A program made the position numbers and the translations under genes. Below, piece after piece: positions 35,457 through 49,455 of a DNA stretch of 64,000 bases. Below the pieces are notes generated by a model. It saw only the letters and a list, made by a program, of their open reading frames with translations. It was not told where the DNA came from and did no database searches. This DNA comes from Mobula hypostoma. Taxonomy: Eukaryota. The DNA lies in assembly GCF_963921235.1 (NCBI RefSeq), contig NC_086108.1, positions 56,980,001 through 57,044,000 on the forward strand, in the 5' to 3' direction. The stretch's first letter is position 1. Every line of letters starts with the position of its first letter.

Positions 35457-38320
35457 TAGAACATAGAACATAGAATAGTACAGCATATTACAGGCCCTTT
35501 GGCCCACAATGTTGTGCCGACCCTCAAACCCTACCTCTCATATAACCCCCCAGCTTAAATTCCTCCGTATACCTGTCTAATAGTCTCCTAAACTTCACTA
35601 GTGTATCTGCCTCCACCACTGACTCAGGCAGTGCATTCCACGCACCAACCACTCTCTGAGTAAAAAACCTTCCTCTAATATCCCCCTTGAACTTCCCACC
35701 CCTTACCTTAAAGCCATGTCCTCTTGTATTGAGCAGTGGTGCCCTGGGGAAGAGGCGCTGTCTATCCACTCTATCTATTCCTCTTATTATCTTGTACACC
35801 TCTATCATGTCTCCTCTCATCCTCCTTCTCTCCAAAGAGTAAAGCCCTAGCTCCCTTAATCTCTGATCATAATGCATACTTTCTAAACCAGGCAGCATCC
35901 TGGTAAATCTCCTCTGTACCCTTTCCAATGCTTCCACATCCTTCCTATAGTGAGGTGACCAGAACTGGACACAATACTCCAAGTGTGGCCTAACCAGAGT
36001 TTTATAGAGCTGCATCATTACATCGTGACTCTTAAACTCTATCCCTCGACTTATGAAAGTTAACACCCCATAAGCTTTCTTAACTACCCTATCCACCTGT
36101 GAGGCAACTTTCAGGGATCTGTGGACATGTACCCCGAGATCCCTCTGCTCCTCCACACTACCAAGTATCCTGCCATTTACTTTGTACTGTGCCTTGGAGT
36201 TTGTCCTTCCAAAGTGTACCACCTCACACTTCTCTGGGTTGAACTCCATCTGCCACTTCTCAGCCCACTTCTGCATCCTATCAATGTCTCTCTGCAATCT
36301 TTGACAATCCTCTACACTATCTACAACACCACCAACCTTTGTGTCGTCTGCAAACTTGCCAACCCACCCCTCTACCCCTACCTCCAGGTCGTTAATAAAA
36401 ATCACGAAAAGTAGAGGTCCAAGAACAGATCCTTGTGGGACACCACTAGTCACGATCCTCCAATCTGAATGTACTCCCTCCACCACGACCGTCTGCTTTC
36501 TGCAGGCAAGCCACTTGGCCAAACATTCCGGATCCCATGCCTTCTGACTTTCTGAATAAGCCTACCATGTGGAACCTTGTCAAATGCCCTACTAAAATCC
36601 ATATAGATCACATCCACTGTACTACCCTCATCTATATGCCTGGTCACCTCCTCAAAGAACTCTATCAGGCTTGTTAGACACGATCTGCCCTTCACAAAAC
36701 CATGCTGACTGTCCCTGATCAGACCATGATTCTCTAAGTGCCCAGAGATCCTATCTCTAAGAAACTTTTCCAACAGCTTTCCCACCACGGATGTAAGGCT
36801 CACTGGTCTATAATTACATGGACTATCCCTACTACCTTTTTTGAACAAGGCGACAACATTCACCTCCCTCCAATCCTCCGGTACCATTCCCCTTGTCAAC
36901 GAGGACATAAAGATCCTAGCCAGAGGCTCAGCAATCTCTTCCTTCCCCTCATGGAGCAGCCTGGGAAATATTCTGTCAGGCCCCGGGGACTTATCCATCC
37001 TAATGTATTTTAACAACTCCAACACCTCCTCTCCCTTAATATCAACATGCTCCAGAACATCAACCTCACTCATATTGTCCTCACCTTCATCAAGTTCCCT
37101 CTCATTGGTGAATACGGAAGAGAAGTATTCATTGAGGACCTCACTCACTTCCACAGCCTCCAGGCACATCTTCCCACCTTTATCTCTAATCGGTCCTACC
37201 TTCACTCCTGTCTTCCTTTTGTTCTTCACATAATTGAAGAATGCCTTGGGGTTTTCCTTTACCCTACTCGCCAAGGCCTTCTCATGCCCCCTTCTCGCTC
37301 TTCTCAGCCCTTTCTTAAGCTCCTTTCTTGCTTCCCTATATTCCTCAATAGACCCATCTGATCCTTGCTTCCTAAACCTCATGTATGCTGCCTTCTTCCA
37401 CTTGACTAGATTTTCCACCTCACTTGTCACCCATGGTTCCTTCACCCTACCATTCTTTATCTTCCTCACCGGGACAAATTTATCCCTAACATCCTGCGAG
37501 ATATCTCTAAACATCGACCACATGTCCATAGTACATTTCCCTGCAAAAACATCATCCCAATTCATATCCGCAAGTTCTAGCCTTATAGCCTCATAATTTG
37601 CCCTTCCCCAATTAAAAATTTTCCTGTCCTCTCTGATTCTATCCTTTTCCATGATAATGCTAAAGGCCAGGGAGTGGTGGTCACTGTCCCCCAGATGCTC
37701 ACCCACTGAGAGATCTGTGACCTGACCCGGTTCATTACCTAATACTAGATGTAATATGGCATTCCCCCTAGTCGGCCTGTCCACACACTGTGACAGGAAT
37801 CCGTCCTGGACACACTTAAACTCTGCCCCATCTAAACCCTTGGAACTAATTAGGTTCCAATCAATATTAGGGAAGTTAAAGTCACCCATGATAACAGCCC
37901 TGTTATTTTTGCGCCTTTCCAAAATCTGCCTCCCAATCTGCTCCACTGTATCTCTGCTGCTACCAGGGGGCCTATAGAATACCCCCAATAGAGTAACTGC
38001 TCCCTTCCTGTTCCTGACTTCCACCCATACTGACTCAAAAGAGGATCCTGCTACATTACCCACCCTTTCTGTAGCTGTAATAGTAGCCCTGACAAATAAT
38101 GCCACACCTCCTCCCCTTTTCCCCCCTCCCTATTCCTTTTAAAGCACTGAAATCCAGGAATATTGAGAATCCATTTCTGCCCTGGTGCCAGCCAAGTCTC
38201 TGTAATGGCCACTACATCATAATTCCATGTGTGTATCTAAGCTCTCAGCTCATCACCTTTGTTCCTGATGCTTCTTGCATTGAGGTACACACACTTCAGC
38301 CCTTCTGCCTTACTACTTTT
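35457..38320 (-). mobile_element. Near-intact CR1 ORF2 (APE endonuclease + RT), apparently the youngest LINE here
   Basis: ORFs 36450..38105 (551 aa; YRPP, GDFN, SDH, DFSRAFDKV) and 35524..36522 (332 aa; PQGSVLGP, FADD) are separated by a single frameshift; (TTCTATG)n tail. Confidence 0.95.
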
Positions 38321-38321
38321 A

Positions 38322-38820
38322 CACCGTATAATAAAGTATTACAGCTACAGAAAAGGTGCATGTGGGCAGGCAATAAGGTACAAGATCAGATCGGGGTAGA
38401 CTCCAAAGTCTTATTGTAGTAGGGAACTGTTCGATAGTCTTTTAACAGGGATAGAAGTTGGCTTTGAGCCTGGTGGTATGGGCTTTCAGGTTTTTGTATC
38501 TTCTGCCCCATGGAAGAGGGGAGAAGAGAGAGTACGTCTGGGATGAGTGGGCCTTTGAGTACGCTGGCTGTTTTACTGAGGCAGTGAGAAGTGTAGACAG
38601 AGCCCACAGAAGAGAGGCTAGTTTCCATGAAATGCAGAGTTGTGTCAACAACTCTGTGCACTTTTCTTGAGGTCATGAGCAGAGCAGTTAGTTGCCTAAC
38701 CAAGCAGTGATGCATCCAGACAAGATGCTTTCTGTGGTGCATTAATTAAAACATAATGAGGGTGACAGGGGACATGTCAGGTTTCTTTAGCCTCCTAAAG
38801 AAGTAGAGATGCTGGTGAGT
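38322..38820 (-). mobile_element. Rex1/Babar-like 3' fragment; its tail probably continues at 35321-35456 beyond the CR1 insertion
   Basis: LFSPLPWGRRYKNLKAHTTRLKANFYP in ORF 38442..38651. Confidence 0.7.
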
Positions 38821-40136
38821 CGGTCCCAATTTCCTTCATTAAGCTCATATCCCGTAAGCTCCCCCCCACCGCCTTTATCCGCATGCTTCTTATGTGATAC
38901 TACTGTACATGCCTCAACCACTTTCTGGCAAGTTGTTCCATATACAAACGTACTTACCACCCTGTGCAATAAAGTTAGCCCTCAGGTTCATTTTAAATCT
39001 CTCCCCTCTACCCTGAACCTATGCCCCCTAGTTTTGGACTGCCCTACCCTAGGGAAATGACTGTTACCATCGACCTTATCTATAATTTTAAACATTTCTC
39101 TGAGGTTACCCCTCATTTTCCAACATTCCAAGAAATAAAGTCATAGCCGGGCCAACCTCTCCCTATTGCTCAGGCCCTCTAGTCCTGGAAATATCCACGT
39201 AAATCCTTTTTTCACTCTTTCCAGTTTACCGCATTCTTCTTATAATAGTGTGACCAAAACTGTACACAGTACTCCCAGTGGTGCCTTACCAATGACTAAC
39301 ACAACTGCAGCATAATGTCCCAACTCCAATACTCAATGTCCTGACCGATGAAAGTCAACTTGCGAGATGCTTTTTTCCACCATCTGCGCGTGATGTTACT
39401 TTCAACAAACTCTGCACTTGAACTTCCAGGTTCCTCTCTTCCATTAAGGCTCCTTAGTGCCCTACCATTTACAGTATAAACCTTACACTGGTTCTACTTT
39501 CCAGAATGCATTACTTCATGTTTATCTGCATTGCAATTCATCTGCCAGTGCTCGGCCCACTTCCCTAAGTGGTCAAGATTCCCCTATAATCAACAATACT
39601 ATCTTCACTATTAACAATACTTCTTAATTTCATGTCATCTGCAAACCTACTGATCAAGCTTTGTGCATTTACATCCAAACCATTTATGTAAATTTTGAAT
39701 AACAAGGGTCCCAAGCCAACCCCTGCGGCACACTAGTAATCACCAGTCTCCATTCCAAGAAGCAACCTTCATTCACCACCATTTGCTTCCTACCTTTGAG
39801 CCAAGCTTGAACTCACTTGACTAGCTCTCCCAGAATTCCATTGGACCCAATCTTCCAGACCAGTCCATCATGAGAACCTTGTTGAGACAACACCCACTAC
39901 TCCGTACTCATCTACCTTTCTGGCTACCTCTTCAAAGTTTTTTTAAGAAAATACATGTTTGGCATGACTTATCACACACATTGTAATGCTATTCCTACTA
40001 ATCAGACTCTGACTATTCAAATACTGTTAGATCCTGTACCCCAGAAACCCTCCCAGTAACTTCACTACTGATGACAGCTTGACTAGCCTGTAGGTCATTG
40101 GCTTGTCCATTCTCAAACAATGAAATGACATAGTTA

Positions 40137-41115
40137 CAGTAGCATGCAAAAGTTTGGGCTTCCCTGGTCAAAATTCCTGTTACTGTGAATAGCTAAGCGA
40201 GTAAAAGATGAACTGATTTCCAAAAGGCATAAAGTTAAAGATGACACATTTCTTTAATATTTTAAGTAAGAAAACTATTTTAACTGCAGCAGTCCACAGG
40301 ACTTGGTTCCAAAATGCATCAGGCTTGTTTAGATGTTCCTTTGAACCTTTTGAATAGAACTTTTTGGCCGCAATGAGCAAAGGTATGTTTGGAGAAAAAA
40401 GGGTGCAGAATTTCATAAAAAGAACCCCTCTCCAACTGTTAAGCACGGAGGTGGATCAATCATGCTTTGGGCTTGTGTTGCAGCCAGTGGCACGGGGAAC
40501 ATTTACTGGTAGAGGGAAGAATGAATTCAATTAAATACCAGCAAATTCTGGAAACAAACATCACACTGTCTGTAAAAAAGCTGAAGATGAAAAGAGGATG
40601 GCTTCTACAACAGGACAATGAACCTAAACACACCTCAAAATCCACGATGGACTACCTCAAGAGGCACAAGCTGAAGGTTTTGCCATGGCCCTGACCCCTG
40701 TCCCCTGACCCAAACATCATCGAGAATCTGTGGATAGACCTCAAAAGAGCAGTGCATGCAAGACGACCCAAGAATCTCACAGAACTAGAAGCCTTTTGCA
40801 AGGAAGAATGGGGGAAAATCCCCCAAACAAGAATTGAAAGACTCTTAGCTGGCTATAAAAAGCGTTTGCAAGCTGTGATACTTGCCAGAGGGGCTGTTAC
40901 TAAGTACTGTTACAAACTTTTGCTTCGGGCCCTTTCCCTTTTTTGTTATTTTGAAACTGTAAAAGATGGAAATGAAAGTTTTCTTGCTTAAAATATTAAA
41001 GAAATGTATTACCTTCAACTTTATGCCTTTTGGAAATCAGTTCACCTTTTACTTACTTAGCTATTCACAGTAACAGAAATTTTGGCTGGGGCGTCCAAAC
41101 CTTTGCATGCCATTG
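40137..41115 (+). mobile_element. Internally deleted Tc1-family transposon
   Basis: TA|CAGTAGCATGCAAAAGTTTGG ... CCAAACCTTTGCATGCCATTG|TA; TIRs of about 140 bp; transposase motifs KHGGGSIMLW, QQDNEPKH, SPDPNIIENLW. Confidence 0.93.
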
Positions 41116-41646
41116 TACCTTCCAGTCTTTGAGAATTTTTACATGTGGAGAATGATGAAGCAAGTATCTCTGATGGCCTCCTGCAACTTTTTCTCTAGCT
41201 TCCCATAAAGTCTGAGGATGGACTCAATCAAGTCCTGGGGATTTATCCACTGTAAGGGGCAAGTACCTCTTTCCGGGTCCTTCAAAATGTCATCACTTGT
41301 TTCCTTCCCATCTCTTGAGTAACTATGATTTTCTCATCAGGAAACATGAAGGATTTGGAAATCCCATCCATCTTCTGCAGCTCGAGATATAGGCAATCCT
41401 GCTGATCTTTAAGAGGACTTACTCTATTCCCTAGCTACCCTTTTACTCTTAATATAGCAGAAGAACCTCTTGGGTGTTCCTTAAACTTACTTAACAAATC
41501 CATCTTATACTCTCTCTTTGCACTGATTTCCCTTTTAAGAATGTTCTTAATATTTTTATAATCAAAGCATTCACTCACCCCCAACCTCCTAAGCTCAGTA
41601 TATGTTTCCTTCTTTTTTTTGATTAGAGCCTCAATCTCTTTTATCA

Positions 41647-41940
41647 GTTCTTCTTCTTGTGCTCTTAGCTCCGAGTGGAGCACAGTTCATCCATGTCCTC
41701 CTGGCTCCATCGTCCTCTGTCTGAGCCAGTTTCTCGAGGGTGGACCAGGAGTGTCATGTGCTCACTTGATGATTAGCCTCTTCTCACAAATTTGATGGTA
41801 TGGTTGGAGTTCATCAATGTTTCTGTAATCCATTGTATCCCACTGTAAAGGGATTGGCTTATGCAGCTTATTATCAGTAAATTTGTCAGGTTTACCCTTC
41901 ATCCTAACGGGAACATGCTGCTGCTGGACTCTAGGTATCA
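41647..41940 (-). mobile_element. RTE-tailed short retroelement
   Basis: (AAG)n tail; DRGRW..DELCSTRS*-like terminus on the minus strand; interrupts the CR1. Confidence 0.5.
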
Positions 41941-42475
41941 CACTTCTAAAAAATCTCCCACTTGCCGGTCATTCCTTTCCCATCAAACAGACTTACCCAA
42001 TTGACCTCTGTTAGATCCTACCCAATTTCCTTCAAAATTGTCTCTGCTTCAGTGCAGGATCCTAACCTATGGACCTGTTTTATCATTTTCCATCACTGTC
42101 TTAAAGCTGACAGCATGGTCACTAGAACCAAAGTGCTCCCTGACCGCCGCTCAGTACTTGCTCTGCCTTGTTCTCCAAGAGGTCAAGAATCGCACGCTCC
42201 TAAGTGGAGCACATGGCACGGGAAGTAGAGGGACCTCTACATGACTCAGGAAACTTCTCTGGACACGTTTCCCAGATTCTCACCCCATCCAGGCCCTTAA
42301 CACTCTGGGTGGTCCTGTCAAGTAATGGGAAAATTAAAAATACCCACTAATACAATTCTTTTATTCTTATAATTATGAGTAATTTCTCTACTTGCCTGCT
42401 CAAGTTCCCACTATTAGGGGGTCTATAATACAACCCACTAAGGTGAGACCCATATGACCTCAGTAGATGATCCCC

Positions 42476-42608
42476 AAGAGACCACTAGACAGGTATATGG
42501 AGGAAGTTAAGGTGGAGAGTTATATGGGAGGCAGGGTTTGAGGGTCGGCACAACATTGTGGGCCAAAGGGCCTGTGCTGTGCTGTACTATTCTATGTTCT
42601 ATGTTCTA
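42476..42608 (+). mobile_element. Very short 3' CR1 copy, same subfamily as 35457-38320
   Basis: High similarity to the reverse complement of 35457-35590, including the (TTCTATG)n tail. Confidence 0.85.
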
Positions 42609-44639
42609 ATTTCATCTCTAAGTACTGGTGTTCCATCTTCCTTTATAAAGAAAAGTAACACTCCCTCTGGGCTTACCTGAACATCTGCCACATCTGTAGC
42701 ATTGGAATCCTAGAATATTGAGTTGCATTTTGCCCTTCTCTCAGCTGTAACATCCCAGTCCTCAGAGCCAATCAACATTCTGAATTTGTCTGCCTCAGCA
42801 GTTAAACCTCATGCATTTATTGTGCCCCCAGCTATATTGATTACTAAAATTTGCTCTTGTTGGCTTCTGCTTTAGCCCATAACTTGCTCCTTCTCAGACG
42901 CCAATCTAATTTAAACCTTCCCATGTATCATTAGTAAATTTCCCTGCAAAAGTCCCTTCTGATTCAAGTGCAACCCCTGTCCCTTACTGTGACACATTGC
43001 CTCTACTGCAGAAGAGATCCCAGTTGTCCAAGAACCTGAATCCCTGTCTCCTGTGCCAGCTCCTCAGCCACAAATTCACCTGGACTACCTTTCTATTTTG
43101 AGCCTTACTAGCACGTGGCTTGGAAAGTAATCTGGAGGTTACTCTTCTTAATTTTTAACCTAACTCTCTATATCCAGTCTGCAGGACCTCATCCCTTGTT
43201 CCACCCATGTTGTTTGTTCCAACATGTACAACCACTTTTGACTGTTTGCCATTTTTCTCCTCAAGAATTTGCAGCCAATCAAATATCATAATAGATTTTA
43301 AATAGTTATGGACCCAGTATTTTTCCTTGTAGCTTTGCATCAGTAAAAGCCAACTTAAAGTTATCACATTTATTCCTACTCTTTGTTTTCTATCTTTACT
43401 AAATTTTCTATTCACTTATTGCAACACCCAAACCCTTACTTTATGTAATAATATTATTCTGACACATGAACAAATGGCTCCTTTAAAACCCAAATACACA
43501 AAATACACTGGCTAACATTGCCACAAAACTCAAGCAGTCATGCTCAATTTCTTTTTCATTAAACCCCATTGGTCCTACCTAATCATGCTTGTATTACCCA
43601 CACAGCCTATGTTTTAATCATGGATTCCATCTTTTTTTCAACAATTGATATCAAACTAATTGGTTTAATAAATTCTCAACTTTCTCTCTTGGATATTTTG
43701 CTGTTTTCCATCGGTTGAGATGACCACAGATACTAAGGAATTTTGGAAGATCACAACTAACCCATCCACTATTTATGAGATCATCTCTCAGAAATCCTAG
43801 GATTCAACTATCTAGTTCTGGATGATTTATTTTTAAAATTTAGCTTGCTGTACTCTCAATTTGTTTAGGATTTCACTTTACTAACAATATTTAAATTACT
43901 CATTCTTCCCAACAATTTCTACTGCACTTGTTATATTTAGAAAAACAAAATTATTGTTTCATTGTTACTTAATTTAGCTGTTTTCTAATTACCCAGTACA
44001 GTCTCTTCTTCCTGTCTCTACAAAATCCTTATTTACTTTTAATGTTCCCCTTCATATACTTCAATGCTGAACCCCTGTCCTTGAACCATCAGTACAAACA
44101 ACTTACTCTAAGCTGCTTTTGATCACTTCATTTAAAGATCGTGAAAACCAATTTTAACTGGCGGGAACGAAATTAGATTTTTTTTTGTAATTTAAATTTA
44201 TGAAATCAGTCAAGATACCCGGTGCAGAACTTACCCTATTATGGACAGGAACATGAATACATTGAGAGATCATTGAATATTTGGGTGTGTTCATGAATCA
44301 TAATTAGGAATCATTGTTAAACCGAGTTGTTGTTCTATGCTATATATAGGAATAATAAAATATTTCTAATCACATTGTGTCACAGTTAGCCACTAGGGTC
44401 CAGTCTGAAAGCTTTAATCAAACATTCCAAGCCAAACTACAAGTAATGTGAGTAACACACCCTTCAATTCCATGTGAATTCCCTACAATCAGACATTAGT
44501 AATCCCAAATAATTACCTGTTTAGATCTTTTTGAGGTTCACAAACAGATGATAATGTGGACAAGATAGTTGTGTAAATGGAATTTATAACAGAGATTATA
44601 GATTAAGGATGGAAAATACTATGACTTATTTTATATTCT

Positions 44640-45150
44640 GATACCCTTTTAGGCATTGATGTTGACTGGAATTGCTTGGAGATACCCAGAAATACAACCA
44701 GATTTGCAACCTAATTACTGAGGCTGCAAGAGCAGGACAGAAGCTGCGTGCTCTGCGGTGACTGACTCATCCCAAAGCCTTTCAACACGACAAGGCCAAA
44801 TCAGGAGTGTGCTGGAATACTCTCCACAGGCTTGGTTGAGTGCAGCTCCAACTCTCAAGAAATACAGCACCAAAAACAAAGAACCCCTTTTGATCAGTAC
44901 CCTATTAACATGCTATATATTTATACTCTCCAGCATCACGCCATAGTGGTTGCAATAAGTACTATCTACATAATGCATTGCAGTTACCCTCTTGGAAATG
45001 TATCACCATTCCTTCATTATCAGAGTGTAAATGTTGGAACTCACTCACCAACAGTGTTGTGGGACTGTAGCGATTCAGGAAGGTGGCTTCCTATTAAATT
45101 TTCAAGGCAATTAGGGATGAGTGATAAATCCAAGCAGTGCAGTCTTGCAA
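44640..45150 (+). mobile_element. Ancient L2/CR1-group LINE 3' fragment
   Basis: QIRSVLEYSPQAW motif; ggcaattagggatgagtgataaat tail; a similar decayed tail lies at about 48800-49000. Confidence 0.6.
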
Positions 45151-45229
45151 GAATACTACAGAAAAATCTCAGTAAATGGAAATCTGAAATCTCAATTCAA
45201 TTGCACTGGCTGTTTTTGACTTCTAAATT

Positions 45230-45540
45230 GAATTGACTTCATTTCTTACATCCTTTACATACATGAGGAGTAAAAATCTTTACATTACATCTCCAGCCAA
45301 ATGTGCAATCATAGTAATTTAAAATAAATAGAACAGTCAATGTAATATAGAGTACACTCAAGTCAACCTGAGTTCATCAGTCTGATGGCCCGGTGGAAGA
45401 AGCTGTCCCGGAATCTGTTGGTCCTGGCTATTATGCTGCTGTACTGCTTCCCAGATGGTAGCAGCTGGAATAGCTTGTGGCTGGGATGGCTTGGGTCCCC
45501 AATGATCCTATGGACCCTTTTTACACACCTGTCCTTGGAA
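45230..45540 (-). mobile_element. Rex1/Babar-like 3' fragment
   Basis: IIGDPSHPSHKLFQLLPSGK..RTNRFRDSFFHRAIRLMN in ORF 45363..45629. Confidence 0.8.
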
Positions 45541-46659
45541 ATGGTGTGTGAATGCACGTGGCCTTGCTCCCAAGGCTGCACAGTGAACTTGATGCAGACC
45601 TTGGCCCTATTTAAAGGAATGGTGCACAAATGGAAATAATTGTGATTAAGGGAGGTGAACAGAAAGCAAGGTCATCAACCAGATTTAACAAGGCTTTGTT
45701 GGAATTGTTCCTGAATGTAGACAGAAAGGGCATACATTTCCCGCCAAGAGTAAGGAGGAAGAGAAAAGTTTTAATATCCAAGAGAAATTGAGTAGCAGGA
45801 GTACCATGTCCTGTTTATGGCTGCAAAGTGTTTGAGCGTAGCCAGGAGGAAAAGTGAGCACATTTCCTGATTCAGTGATGTTTTTAATTTAAGCACCCCT
45901 CTTCTCTGTCCTCATGCTTGTGCTGCCTCTCTTTTCTTTCTTGGTTTCACGGCTACCCAGAAAATTGAAGAATTTCAGAGTTGTATACTTCAATAATAAA
46001 AGTAACCCTTGAACCTTTGCTGTCTTATTATTTTTCATGACACTGCTCTTCACATCCTGTCAATTTCCAGCAACCCCAACTCTTGGCGAATAACATCATC
46101 TCCCCATTTTGTCCATCCAATTTTGCCACTTAATTCAAATACAAGGCACACCAGTTCCCACCGGCTCCCACACTAAGCTGATCTTCCCACACTTGTACAT
46201 CTGTTTTATCAGGCCTTGAGGAAGAGATCACGTATACAAGAGAGTAGGCCACCACAAATAGTCCAGCTCAGGGATGACAATAACAAGCTGAAATAAGTGG
46301 CATCTTTATGTATATCTCAGTTCCTGTTGGATTCGCTGATAACAAATGATAGAACTAAAATTCCCTCTACCAGACATTCACTAACTCCACTTCAGTTGCT
46401 GATCAATGGAGCACTGTGACTTTTCACAACTAAATAGAGTCACAGCACACTACATCACAGAAACAAGACCCTTGCCCCATCTAGTCCATGCTTAACAGTT
46501 ATTCTGCCTAGTCCCATCAACCCACACCTGGACCATAAACTTCCATATTCCTCCCACCTGCGTACTTAATCAAATTTCTCTTGAAATCAAACCATACTCG
46601 CACCACCCACCAAACCATACTGTAAGTGGCTACACAGATTTTTAGCTGGTTACGAAGCC

Positions 46660-47395
46660 CCAATGACATGCTTGCACTTATTAGTCAAGGCATTGAGCTC
46701 AAAAGACAGGATGTTGCTACTTTACAAAACTCTAGTTAGGCCACATCTGGACTATGGCATACAGTTCTAATCACCCCATTAAGGGAATTTTGTCAAGGCT
46801 TTGAAGAGGGTGCAGAAGAGGTGTAACAGGATGTTGCTTGGATTACTCGGTGCTGTCGCAAGATCGAAGAAGATGGAGGTGTATAACTGCCAACCGCGGA
46901 CTCGGGACGGCACCCACTGACTGACTGACTGCCTGGATTAGTGGGAATGTGCTATAATGGGAAGTTGGACAAACTTGGGTTGTTTTGTCAGGAGCAGCAG
47001 AAGCTGAGGAGTGATATTATAGACGTTTATAAGATCATGAGTGGTATAGCGTAGACAAACAATATCTTTTTTCCCAAGATTGAAATATCTAATGCCAGAG
47101 GGCATGCATTTAAGGTGGTGGTGGGTTGGGGGGGGGGTAATTTCAAAGCAGATATGAGGGGCAAGTTTTGTTTTTACACAGAGAGCAGTGGGTGCCTGGA
47201 ATGCACAGCCTGCAGTGCTGGTACAAGCACAAACATTGTAGACTTTTAAAACTCATTTAGATAGGCACATGAATATGAGGAAAATGGTAGGACATGGGCA
47301 TTCTGTTGGCAGAAAAAATTTGATTTCTAATTTAATTGGTTCAGCACACCATTGTGGGCTAAAAATCCTGTTCCAGTGCTGTACTCTTCTATGTT
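46660..47395 (+). mobile_element. Decayed CR1 3' fragment
   Basis: TLVRPHLDY and FFTQRAVGAWN-like remnants; CR1-type tail. Confidence 0.8.
46846..46929 (+). mobile_element. 84-bp RTE-like 3' end insertion
   Basis: 11-bp TSD TGC(T/C)TGGATTA at 46835-46845 and 46930-46940; ends gggacggcaccc + (ACTG)n. Confidence 0.7.
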
Positions 47396-48009
47396 TACTA
47401 CTTTGCTTTTGGATGATTATACCAGAGAGCTTGGTCAGTTCAGAGACAACTTGTCAAACCATGAAACAAGATATCTGTTAACTCTGCTTACAGCATTAAT
47501 CAAGCTCAGACTGCATGGCAATCTTTTTGACTTCAATATGCACATTTGAGTCTTGTTTTTAAATTTTCTTGCATTTCTGTGGTCCACTTCTCCACCAGCA
47601 ACCTAACTGGACTCCTCCATCCCTCCCATTGCAATAGGCAGTATTAAGACCTTTCCTGTCAGTTCCACACCAAGTTGCCGATATGCCTCTTGCAATTTCC
47701 TTGCTATTGATACACCCAGGTTTGTGCCTCAATGTGATCCTTGCACGAAAGGACAAGCTGTCATTTGGACCCTTTACTGGGCAAGACATGCCGGTGACAC
47801 ACCTGCCATCAGTGCCTACTTGGGCTTATTTGGGATGAATGAATCAACAGATGAAAACACAACTAATCTTGTAAGTGGATTGTCCCAAGTCCCTGTGTTT
47901 GCACTGAGGTTTGGTTTCATATCATGTGATAGTGTACTGTAAAGTGCAGCGATTTGTTTTGACCCAAGGACATCTTCCAATAGGTTCCATGAAAATGCCT
48001 TGAGTATAA

Positions 48010-49455
48010 TAAATGCAAGAGGACACTTAAGAGAGAAGTCAGGTGGGATTAAACAGGATACAAGGTTGTTCTGGAAGACAAGGTGAAATAAAATCCCAAG
48101 GGCTTCTACAGCTACAATAAGAGTAAAAGGTTAGCAAGGGACAAAATTAGTCCTCTTGAAGATCAGTGTGGTTATCTATGGACAGAGCTGAAAGAGATGG
48201 GGAGGTCTTAAATGTTTTTTTAATACCTGTATTTACTTGAGAGACAGACATGGTCTTCAGACCTGAGGAAAAAAAAAGAGAAGAGAGACCATGGACCATA
48301 TCCAGATTATGGAAGGGGAGGTGTTCTCTGTCTTGATGTCTTGTGGAAAATTAGGGTAGATAAATCCCTGAGCATGATGAGATGTTCCCTTGGCCCTTGT
48401 GGGAGGCTAGTGCAAAAACTGGTTTTTAAAACTGGTGCGTAAAGTCCACAAGGAACTGTCTCCAATTCACTGTGATCTCCTGGTATGGAGGGCTAAGTGG
48501 GAGGGATGGGATCTTGGAGCAAGTAAAGGGTGACACAGCATTATGGGCCAAAGGGCCTGTACTGTACTGCATTGTTCTATGTTCAAGCAAACCAAGAGAT
48601 ACAAGGTTAGTGCTGGAAGGTGCCATCACGATAAATATTTAACTATGAATTTAATGATTGGCAGAGCTATGTACAGAGGGAAAATGGTCTCCTGATGCAC
48701 TTTTTTCCCCTCGTGTTCATTGCACTGCAGTGATGTGCCAAGGCTAAAATGACAGCACCTCCTGAGGTTCAAAACTACAACCAAGGACGTGGGTAGCAGA
48801 CATGAACATAGCCAATTCAGAATCACCATCTTCATACTGACTTCAAAATAATGGTTGCTCCTTCACCAACATTTAGCTCCATACAAAGAACAGTGTGGAA
48901 ATATATTCACCAGGAATTTTCCAAATCCTTGCTCATCGTCATCTTCTCATGGGGACAGAGGACTGGGGAGTAAATATTGGGTTTGCCACTTACTAATAAA
49001 ATAAATGTCTGCAAAAAGACATTACTTGGGGATTTAATCTTCTCTGCCTTTTCTCCTTGGAGCGATGGAGGATGAGAGGTGACCTGATAGAGGTGTACAA
49101 GATAATGAAAGGCATTGGTCCTGTAGATAGTCAGAGGCCCTTTCCCAGGACTGAAATGGGAAGCACAAGAGGACATAGTTTTAAGGTGCTTGGTAGTAGG
49201 TACAGAAGAGACGTCAGGGGTAAGCTGCTGTGTTTTTTTTTGTACGCAGAGAGTGGTGAGTGTGTGGAATGGGCTGCCAGCGGTGGCGGAGGAGGCTGAA
49301 ATGATAGGGTCTTTTAAGAGACTCCTGGATAGGTACATGGAGCTTAGAAAAATAGAGGGCTATGCTTAACCCTAGGTAATTTCTAAAGGAAGTACATGTT
49401 CAGCATAGCATTGTGGGCCGAAGGGCCTGTATTGTGCTGTAGGTTTTCTGTTTCT
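48010..49455 (+). mobile_element. Several CR1 fragments (about 48010-48440, 48500-48585, 49040-49455)
   Basis: NPKGFYSY remnant; ORF 49057..49299 (RMRGDLIEVYKIMKG); CR1-type tails. Confidence 0.75.

Larger units (their letters stand above)
38820..43290 (-). mobile_element. Long decayed CR1 with ORF1 esterase remnant, hosting Tc1, RTE-tail and short CR1 insertions
   Basis: RT and APE remnants at 38900-42440; VVVHVGTNN (SGNH-type ORF1) in ORF 43155..43415. Confidence 0.78.
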
